DNA from: an uncultured delta proteobacterium
GTDB taxonomy: Bacteria > Desulfobacterota > WTBG01 > CAIYCZ01 > CAIRTM01
Length of the DNA: 64,000 nucleotides
Direction of reading: 5' to 3'
Assembly (NCBI GenBank): GCA_963804955.1
Contig: CAWDSQ010000022.1
Span: 1 to 64,000 of the forward strand
Shown: in pieces, positions 56,201 to 64,000 of the stretch
Layout: each line of letters begins with the position of its first letter
How positions within the stretch are numbered: position 1 is the first letter of the stretch
Program-made: the position numbers and the translations under genes
Notes under the pieces: generated by a model
Told to the model about the DNA's origin: nothing
Seen by the model: only the letters and a program-made list of their open reading frames with translations
Database searches by the model: none

Positions 56201-57241
56201 TCAGACTTTCCCCACCATCCGTTTCAGATTATACTCTGCGTGGGATACATATTGGAAGCCGGGAGGAACAACTCTCACGCCTCTGCCGGGAGGAGTTTCG
56301 CTGTCCTTGTTATCAAACAGCTCTGCGATGTGAAAAACAATACCAATATGGTTCTCCGTGCGGCCGTGCTGGAGCATGTGCGGATAGAGGACAGCTTTGC
56401 GGTATTTCTGATAGAGCAGCGTTGTTGCATCCTGATCAGGATTGTTCCAGTGGGTATTGGCTACTATGCCGCGCAGTTCCCAGGTGGGGGCGGCGTTGCT
56501 GGTAAAGCTGTCCAGATAGAGAAAATTTGCCACGGGATTCACCATGGTATTGAGCAGATAGTGGCTTTCCTTGTAGCCGAAGGTCTGTTCAACATCAGTT
56601 TCACCTGTGGTCAGGTCAACAGTCTTGGCATTTTGATTGGAGTAGAGGTCGGTCGAGATAAGCAGCCGGCGGTCCCAGAAATCGGGAGTTCTGAGCAGGT
56701 TTTTTTTCCAGTCCAGAGAATATTCGCCGGGCTCCCCATTAATGGCCTGCTCGTAGACACCAAGATAATAATCAAGATTTTCCGCCTTCGGGGCAATGGT
56801 AACGCTTTTGAACGCGCTGTTGAGATGAAAGTTGCTGTCACCACGGCCTTTTCTGTTGCCATAGGTTGAGATGCCCGGAGTATGATGTCCGCCATTCGGG
56901 GGGGACTTGCCCTCAGAAAAAATTATATCATACCACTTAAACGTATCCTCGACAAACCAGTTGAAAAATTCCTCGCTATACTCGGACAACTCATATTTCT
57001 GCCACCAGCAATCAACCTTAGCCCATATAAGGTTGTCAGTATTGACAAACTTGGCATTGACGACTTTTTGGCGGAAATATTCCTCCGCGGTCCCCGGATT
57101 GACCCAGAACCTCCCCCCGGATACTGTAGAGGGGCTAACGGCGGCACCGGCCTGGCTGGATTTGAATGGGAGCGCCATACCTGCCATGGCAGCTCCGGCC
57201 ATTTTCAGAAACGATCTTCTTTGTATCTTCGTGGTATCCAT
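56201..57241 (-). CDS. Tat-exported hypothetical protein, split-barrel-like; paralogue of 25450-26472
   Basis: 'QRRSFLKMAG' Tat signal; 'RGDSNFHLNSAFK', 'ESHYLLNTMVNPVANFLYL', 'TWELRG'. Confidence 0.7.
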   Translation of the reverse strand: MDTTKIQRRSFLKMAGAAMAGMALPFKSSQAGAAVSPSTVSGGRFWVNPGTAEEYFRQKVVNAKFVNTDNLIWAKVDCWWQKYELSEYSEEFFNWFVEDTFKWYDIIFSEGKSPPNGGHHTPGISTYGNRKGRGDSNFHLNSAFKSVTIAPKAENLDYYLGVYEQAINGEPGEYSLDWKKNLLRTPDFWDRRLLISTDLYSNQNAKTVDLTTGETDVEQTFGYKESHYLLNTMVNPVANFLYLDSFTSNAAPTWELRGIVANTHWNNPDQDATTLLYQKYRKAVLYPHMLQHGRTENHIGIVFHIAELFDNKDSETPPGRGVRVVPPGFQYVSHAEYNLKRMVGKV

Positions 57242-57468
57242 TGCAACTCCTCCTTTGTTTAAAGTGGTTTACCATTTAAAAAACGGTTGTTGCGGATTGT
57301 TAGCCTCTTTCGGAGGCGGAAGATCAAGGCAGTGAACCATCAGTTTTTTTGTTTTAGAAAATTTTATCCTCCCCTGTCTTAGGTTGCGGACTGCATCACC
57401 CGGCAGCGACCCGGCTGCCCTTGTGCAGACAGCTGCCGCAGATTTTTGCGGTTTGGCCGCCCCCCTGG

Positions 57469-58855
57469 TTAAGAGGTTCTTAAAATGCCTTTGAATGTTT
57501 TAATGGACTCAATGAGTGCCGGAGAATATGCATAATATGCATCAACAAGACCTTCCCCGCCGGGTAGAGACCGTTTGACCGTATCCCTGACTTTTCTCAG
57601 GGGGGCAAGCGCAGGTGATTTTTCTCCCAGCAGATAGGTGAGCACGCAGGGCTTCTTTTTTGGCATCTGGTTTTCATACCAGATCATCTGGTTCTCACCC
57701 ATGCCGGCAAGCACTACATCCAAATCCCCGTCTCCGTCAACATCATTGAGGGAGATATCCCCTGGGAGGGTAATGTTATCATCAAGAACATACTCAGTCC
57801 ACGCCATCTCGCCAGTTCCATCTAAGGCTGAAAACCAGGATATTTTATTAAGAAACAGTCCGGAAACAATCAGCTCATTTTTGCCGTCCCGGTTGATATC
57901 ACCGGTATACATGTCCGTGCCTTCAAAGGTTTCGCTTATGGTGTGCTTTGTCCAGGGATCGCCGCTTTTTCGCGGAGCCTCATACCAGTAAAGGCCGGGT
58001 AACTGAAAAATGCTCACCATCACATCGTTTCTAAAATCGCCGTTTACATCCATAACATTTACATCAAAGGACCTGGTCAGGTTATCATCAATCATGGTCC
58101 TCTCAAATGTGACTTCCCCGTTTTGATAGACCACATCAAGCCAGGATACAGTGCCCTGGTACTCGGGCTTGCCGCCCAGATCAGAATTTATTATTTCCAG
58201 TTTTCTATCACAGTCCATGTTTGCCAGGTAGTTGGAGCTTCCGGTACCTTCAAGCAGCATCCGTTCCCACTGAGCACCTTCCTGCGCAGGGTTTCCGGGA
58301 TTAATATAGACATAGCTGCCTGAGTTGGTGCCGGCAATAATATCCTGCTTCCTGTCCTTATTAACATCCATAGTATACATTTTCATAAACGAAATGTCAG
58401 TTGCCGGCTCTACCTGAAAGCGCTGCCAGTTTTCCTGCGCAGGATCTTCCGGCGCCTTAAACCAGTACACGGTTCCTTCCTGTGTGGTTACACGCCCGGT
58501 GCCGACGATAACATCGAGACCGCCGTCATCATCAATGTCTGCTACCACAATGCCATTGCAGTTGGTGGTAGGATTTACCGCATCACTGGCGCTGATAATA
58601 ATCTTTTTCCACTCTTCACCTGTACTAAGGTTGTTTTGAAACCATGCGACTTCAGAGTCGTATATGGCCGGATGGACATTGGTTGTTGATACAACATCAA
58701 GGTCGCGGTCACCGTCCATATCCGCTACATAGAGATAGATAGGGCTGGTCTGGTCGCCGATACCATGCCGCTCCCAGCCTTCAGCAACCGTTGCACGCGC
58801 AGCCGCCGGCAGACAGGCTAAGATCATAGTTAATAAAACAAATTTTTTTTCTCAT
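57469..58855 (-). CDS. Exported FG-GAP/VCBS repeat beta-propeller with a CFI-box-CTERM-like C-terminal domain
   Basis: Repeated 'D(M/I/V)DGDGDLDV'-like Ca-binding motifs with 'WY/WF'; tail 'PCVLTYLLG...LRKVRD...GEGLVDAYYAYSP'. Confidence 0.8.
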
Positions 58856-59407
58856 TGCACATCCTCCTGTGAGTTCATGGTTCTGCTTAAGGTTTCATAA
58901 TAATAAATCAAAGAAACGCAACCAGGGACAAAGCCCGTAATGTGTCTATTTGAAAAGAAGCTGTTTTTACGGATGGGAGCAGTAGTGATGACAGAAGGAG
59001 CTTCGCCTGCAGATGAGAAAAAAAGAGAAGCCAGTATGTTGTTTTGAGCCGTGCGCATGGGAAGAGACCCGCCTCAGCGGCATACAGTGTTTCTAAAGTC
59101 GAATAGTTTTATTGTCTAACTAATGGTTTTATGTAATGATGTCAAGCGGTTATTTCAAAAATGTTGCGATCTTGTAAGCAGTATCCAGGCAGAGAGCAGT
59201 GGTTTATTGGGTGCCGGGCTTTTTGCCATGCGTTTAGAGCTTGAGTCAATATGGCTAAACTGCTGTCCTGAAAATAGCATGAAACTTATTAACGGACTCT
59301 TTTCTATAATAATCTTACTCTATTGTTTGAGATGACATATAAAAAACACCAAATTTTTTATGAGTATGCCCGCTGCCGAATTTTTAAAAAATATTTTTAA
59401 AAAAAGC

Positions 59408-59438
59408 TTGACAGGAAACCAGCCTCGTATTAATACGA
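59408..59438 (+). promoter_or_regulatory. Sigma70-like promoter with an overlapping palindromic operator
   Basis: TTGACA at 59408, AT-rich UP-like tract upstream, perfect palindrome TCGTATTAATACGA at 59425-59438. Confidence 0.55.
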
Positions 59439-59535
59439 TACTTAAAAGGTTCGAAGTTCAAAATATTATTTGGCTTTAACCAGTGTTCCACGCCACGCCG
59501 TCTGTAAAAACTGACGAAGACAGGAGATAAAGACA

Positions 59536-61878
59536 GTGAAGAAGTTTTCAGAACTTATCGTGCGTCACAGGGTAAGTATCCTGATCCTCATCGGTCTGAT
59601 CACAGCCTTTTTTCTGTATGAATGCACACATCTTACCCTGAAGGCCGACTTTAACAGCCTTCTCCCGCAAAAACATCCATTCATAAAAGTTCACAATATG
59701 ATCCGCAATATTTTCGGCGGCGCCAACCAGGTGCTCATCATGGTGCAGGTGCGCAAAGGAGATATTTTCAACCAGAAGACTCTGGAAAAGGTTCAGTGGA
59801 TTACCCGCGAAGCTGAAAAGATACCCGGGGTCGATCCTTACAAAATAAGGTCCCTGGCTTCATCAAAGCTTAAAGATTTTAAATTCAGCGCAGGGTCAAT
59901 GGCCATCAATACGCTCATGTTCCCCGATCTGCCCAAAAACGACCAGGAGATGCAGGAGCTGAAGGACAAGATTTTCAGCAATCCGCGATACTATGGGCAG
60001 TACGTGGCCTATGACAGTAAAAAAACGCTGGTCATGGTTGATTTTTTTGAACAGGACCTTGATTACAATACTATTTTTAAGATGCTGAGCAGCATACGGG
60101 AGCATACTGAAGACGAAAACCACATCATAAGCATTGGCGGTGAGCCCATGCACATGGGCTATGTCTATCAGAGCACGCCGGAGGTGCTGGGTATCATTGC
60201 CGTTACGATATGCGCAGTTATTATCATGCTGTTTGTCTATTATCGAAGCATGCGTGCTGTTATTGCCCCTCTGCTGGCTGCGGCAATAAGCACGGTCTGG
60301 GGTTTGGGCTTTATGGGGCTTATGCGCTATAATCTTGACCCCCTTATTCTGGTGATTCCGTTTTTTCTCGCTCTCATGACCGTGCCCCATGCCATGCAGT
60401 GCATCACCCGGTTTATGGAAGAGTATGAACAAGTAAGAAATATGAAACAAGCGGCAGCTCAGACCATTGAGGCGCTGTTTCTCCCCGGGGTCACCAGTGT
60501 GGTCACTGATGCCCTCGGCATAGCCCTGGTTGCTATCGCGTCCATACCGATTCTTATTGATATTGCCATTACATCGGTATTCTGGTGTATTGCCGCCGCG
60601 ACTATTCTTTCTCTTATTATGACCCCCCTTCTTCTTTCGTTTATTCCTGAAAGCAAACGGCTGCGAAAAGCTTTGGAAGAAAAAATGGAGCACAATCGCA
60701 GTGACTACCGGACAAGATTGCTCTCGGCAATCGGAAACTGGATACCGCAAAAGGGGAAATGGTATATTGTTATTCTTGCCGTTATTATTTCAAGCGTGGG
60801 AATCTTTTATGCCCGGCAGATTCAGATCGGGGATTTCATGCCCGGCTCGTCAATACTCTGGCCTTTTCACCGGTATAATAAAGATGCCTTCAGGATTACA
60901 TTCAGCATACCGCTGCTCAACCCCCTGTATATCATCGTTGAGGGAACTGAAGGCGGTTATATATCCAAGGGGTCTACGCTTCGCGAGATTGACAAATTTC
61001 AGCGCTACATTGCCAAACACGACAGAGTGATGTTCACCTATTCGATTGCAAACAATCTCCCCGGTTTTTTTATGTCGTCCAATGAAGATGACCCCCAGTG
61101 GTGCCATCTGCCCAAGGATGACAGGACATTGAGCTTTATCTGCCGAAGGCTTCTCTATGCCGGCGAGCCCGGCACCTGGGACCGCTATGTGGATATGCAG
61201 GACAAATACGGGAATATCGTTGTGTACTGCAGGGACAAAATGCCCGCAACCGTTCAAAGCATTACAGACTATATAAAAAAATATCTGGAACAGACACCCG
61301 GCCCGCCGGGAGGCAAGTATCTGCTGGCAGGCGGAGCTGTGGGTGTTCAGGCGGGCATTCGCGACGTGATTGCCGATTCGCAGGTGTTAAACCTGGTGCT
61401 GGCGCTTTCAGGAGTATTTCTTTTCTGCGTGCTTGTTTTCAGGTCACTGTGGGCAGGGGTTATTCTCGTTCTGCCACTTACGGTTGCCAATGTCATCACC
61501 TTTGCCCTTATGGGCGCTTTTCATATCGGATTAACGACCAACACGTATCCCATAGCATCCATCGGCATCGGGTTCGGCGTGGACTACGGCATCTATCTGA
61601 TGAGCCGCCTTATTGAGGAGCGGAAAAAAGGATACGTGCTTAACGAGGCAATCCGGCAGGCTCTTACAACAAGCGGCCGGGCAGTTTTTCAGGTTTCGAC
61701 AACCCTGACCGTCGGGCTTCTGCTGTGGATGTTTTCAGCCTTGAAGTTTCAGGCCGAGATGGGCGTGCTGCTGGCGATTCTGCTGCTTCTAAATATGCTC
61801 GGCGCAATTTTTCTTGTGCCGACCCTGATTTGTTTTATAAAGCCGAAATTCCTTATGCGGATACAGAAGGCGGCATAA
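59536..61878 (+). CDS. MMPL/RND family transporter
   Basis: Two repeats of TM + periplasmic + 5TM; 'FGGAN', 'SVVTDALG', 'GIGFGVDYGIY', 'LKFQAEMG'. Confidence 0.9.
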   Translation: MKKFSELIVRHRVSILILIGLITAFFLYECTHLTLKADFNSLLPQKHPFIKVHNMIRNIFGGANQVLIMVQVRKGDIFNQKTLEKVQWITREAEKIPGVDPYKIRSLASSKLKDFKFSAGSMAINTLMFPDLPKNDQEMQELKDKIFSNPRYYGQYVAYDSKKTLVMVDFFEQDLDYNTIFKMLSSIREHTEDENHIISIGGEPMHMGYVYQSTPEVLGIIAVTICAVIIMLFVYYRSMRAVIAPLLAAAISTVWGLGFMGLMRYNLDPLILVIPFFLALMTVPHAMQCITRFMEEYEQVRNMKQAAAQTIEALFLPGVTSVVTDALGIALVAIASIPILIDIAITSVFWCIAAATILSLIMTPLLLSFIPESKRLRKALEEKMEHNRSDYRTRLLSAIGNWIPQKGKWYIVILAVIISSVGIFYARQIQIGDFMPGSSILWPFHRYNKDAFRITFSIPLLNPLYIIVEGTEGGYISKGSTLREIDKFQRYIAKHDRVMFTYSIANNLPGFFMSSNEDDPQWCHLPKDDRTLSFICRRLLYAGEPGTWDRYVDMQDKYGNIVVYCRDKMPATVQSITDYIKKYLEQTPGPPGGKYLLAGGAVGVQAGIRDVIADSQVLNLVLALSGVFLFCVLVFRSLWAGVILVLPLTVANVITFALMGAFHIGLTTNTYPIASIGIGFGVDYGIYLMSRLIEERKKGYVLNEAIRQALTTSGRAVFQVSTTLTVGLLLWMFSALKFQAEMGVLLAILLLLNMLGAIFLVPTLICFIKPKFLMRIQKAA

Positions 61879-62021
61879 CAGGAAGTGCGCACGATGCGTG
61901 CAGAGGAATGGTACATGCCTATGGCCTTTTTTAATGATCCCAAAATAAACGGGAGCGCCCATGATGTATCGCTCAGGAAGGGTACACAAACAAGGCAACA
62001 CGAGAAAAGGGGGATGATGGT

Positions 62022-63647
62022 ATGAAAGCAAAACAGGTAGTTGTTTTTTCCATGCTGGCGCTTATGGGCGCTTATTTCATTCTGCCCGGATACTGCTTTG
62101 CCTCGCTGATGCTTTTTGATGACAAGCTGCGGGTCAAGGGGTCGGTATATGAATTCGGCATGTACATGACCAAGCTCACGCCGAATGACAAGCAGTACAA
62201 CAATAATAACTGGGGCCTGATGCGGACGAAGGGAACGCTGGAGCTTCTGTACAATGCCTATGAGCAGGGAGATACCAATTTCAACCTGTTCGGCTTTTTT
62301 CAGTATTGGCATGAGTCGTCTTCCGATTTTGACGGGGCAATCAAAGACTCCATGACCTCGCGCTCGCGCCGCCATTACCAGGGGCCCAATGAGCGGGCCG
62401 ACGACTGGATCAATGAGCTGTATGCCGACTTCTATAAAGGGCCCTGGAACATCCGGGTCGGCAAGCAGATCGTTTTCTGGAGCGAAGTTGAGATGGTGCG
62501 CACCATCGACCGGATCAACCCGCTTGACCTGCGGTATACAACACCCGGCATCGACCCCTTTGATGAAATGAAGCTGGGGCTGTGGATGGTGCGGGGCTTT
62601 TACACCTCGGACCTGCCGGGGCAGCTTGTCTTTGAAGGCATCTGGACTCCTGATTTCCAGCGGGTCAGAACACCGCTCGAAGGGACCGCCATGGGCAGCA
62701 ATCCCGGGCCGCAGGGCCCCGAGAAGCTCAGGCCCCGCGCCTACGGCCAGAATGCCGCTATCGACACCATGTTCCGCCATGACATGCCGGATATCAGTTT
62801 GAAAAATACAACGTTTGCCTTCAGGGTCAAGGGCACGTCGCAGCTGCCGTACAACTATCTTTTGGACTGGTCTCTGAGCTGGTATCACGGCATGAACACA
62901 ACGCCGGTTGCCGAGGGCGATACGCTCGGCTATCCCAACTCACTGAACCTTAATACGAACACCTTAAACGGCTATCTGGACAATCTTGCCGTCAGCCGCG
63001 TGTTCGGCGCAAAGCACCTGCCCGGCTTGAACAATAAAGATTTCTGGGACTATAAATATTTTGACGCCGTCGGCGCAAGCGGCCAGACCTTTGTCCCCTG
63101 GCTGAAAGGCGTGCTGCGCGGCGAGGTGTCCTATGAAATCGGGGTGCCCGAAAACAAGGCATTTACAAAAGATATTGACGACAGCCCGTCATACTCAAAG
63201 GTGATAACCGGCACGACGGAACGCGACCAAATCAATGTCGGAATAACTTTTGACCGGCCCCTCAGGTGGGAGTGGCTGCAAAATCAGACCTGGCTGGCCT
63301 CGAGCGGCATTATAGACACCACGGTCGGCTGGTTCGCCCAGCGGCGCCAGGGAGATGTTAAGCGCATACGAAGAACATTCGGCTATTATGACCGGTCAGC
63401 CAGTCAAACTGGACCCTCACTATGCGGGGCAATTTATGGCATAACGAACTGTATCCCTACGGTGCGTTTTCTCTACAATTCAAGAAACTGGGGCTATGGT
63501 GTGGCTGCGCTGCGCTATCAGCCGGGCAAGCATATGCGCTATGAAATGGGTTACACATGGTTTTTCGCCAAAGAACCCTGGGATTCACCGGAAGCATACA
63601 GCGAAAACAAGGATTTTGCCTATTTCAGGATAGGCTATGAATTCTAA
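62022..63647 (+). CDS. DUF1302-like outer-membrane beta-barrel protein
   Basis: Signal peptide, 'ELYAD', 'IRVGKQIVFW', 'DRINPLDL', C-terminal 'RIGYEF'; position between the MMPL and DUF1329-like genes. Confidence 0.72.
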   Translation: MKAKQVVVFSMLALMGAYFILPGYCFASLMLFDDKLRVKGSVYEFGMYMTKLTPNDKQYNNNNWGLMRTKGTLELLYNAYEQGDTNFNLFGFFQYWHESSSDFDGAIKDSMTSRSRRHYQGPNERADDWINELYADFYKGPWNIRVGKQIVFWSEVEMVRTIDRINPLDLRYTTPGIDPFDEMKLGLWMVRGFYTSDLPGQLVFEGIWTPDFQRVRTPLEGTAMGSNPGPQGPEKLRPRAYGQNAAIDTMFRHDMPDISLKNTTFAFRVKGTSQLPYNYLLDWSLSWYHGMNTTPVAEGDTLGYPNSLNLNTNTLNGYLDNLAVSRVFGAKHLPGLNNKDFWDYKYFDAVGASGQTFVPWLKGVLRGEVSYEIGVPENKAFTKDIDDSPSYSKVITGTTERDQINVGITFDRPLRWEWLQNQTWLASSGIIDTTVGWFAQRRQGDVKRIRRTFGYYDRSASQTGPSLCGAIYGITNCIPTVRFLYNSRNWGYGVAALRYQPGKHMRYEMGYTWFFAKEPWDSPEAYSENKDFAYFRIGYEF

Positions 63648-63663
63648 CACAAAGGAGAAGGTC

Positions 63664-64000
63664 ATGAAAAAAACCGCCGCTCTACTGCCGTATCTTATCG
63701 CCGCGATGCTCTGCTGCAGCCTGCCGTGCAGCGCAGCAGAAGTAAAATTTCCGACCCTCTCCTATGAGGGCGCAGAGCTTGCCAAAGTGAAGGAATGGGA
63801 GAAAACCTGGGCCGGCAAGAAGGTAACAACGGAAAATATTGATCAGGTAAAAGAGTTTCTCCATGAAGCTGTGTACAAGGCGATGAAAGACCCAGCCATT
63901 TTCGGGGCGAAATCTCTCTGGTTCGATATAGTTCCGTACCGGCCCTATGAGGTGTCCAAAGGGCTTATTGAGGCGACACAGAAATATGCCCCTGCAAGCA
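63664..64000 (+). CDS. DUF1329-like exported protein (3' truncated)
   Basis: Signal peptide; 'LAKVKEWEKTWAGKKVTTENIDQVKEFL'; operon context. Confidence 0.6.
   Translation, partial: MKKTAALLPYLIAAMLCCSLPCSAAEVKFPTLSYEGAELAKVKEWEKTWAGKKVTTENIDQVKEFLHEAVYKAMKDPAIFGAKSLWFDIVPYRPYEVSKGLIEATQKYAPAS

Noticed and set aside
57250..57460. Riboswitch upstream of the Tat protein (GCCTC-CGAAA-GAGGC hairpin)
   Set aside because: Only one small hairpin; conserved c-di-GMP, cobalamin or FMN riboswitch motifs were not found

Overview
A 64 kb chromosomal segment, moderately GC-rich, whose gene content resembles an anaerobic deltaproteobacterium (Desulfobacterota-like). That assignment is inferred from gene content only. 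About half the genes are broken by 1-bp indels, including conserved ones (recD2, gspD/F/G), which most likely reflects uncorrected long-read errors rather than real pseudogenes. Core content: waaF-like heptosyltransferase, two radical SAM genes, recD2, tolB-pal-cpoB, a DegT aminotransferase, tRNA-Pro(GGG), pcm, a type II secretion cluster gspEFGHIJKLMD, hlyC/corC, malY/patB, endonuclease Q, ybaK, purC, GT4/WecA-like transferases and an MMPL-DUF1302-DUF1329 operon running off the right end. The most unusual accessory elements are: (1) a PebA/PebB-like ferredoxin-dependent bilin reductase homologue next to an iron-sulfur flavoprotein, with no photosynthesis or heme oxygenase gene in view; (2) exported redox proteins with odd architectures (heme c + flavinylation motif + split barrel; double redoxin + FMN-binding; two Tat-exported split-barrel paralogues, one beside a multiheme cytochrome); (3) a PilZ-fused PhcB-like methyltransferase / membrane hybrid kinase / beta-barrel cluster resembling a quorum-sensing module; (4) a YceI-methyltransferase-class I isoprenoid enzyme-ABC exporter operon; (5) recurring intergenic inverted heptamer/nonamer arrays and REP-like palindromes. 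All family calls come from motif recognition by eye; no database search was run.
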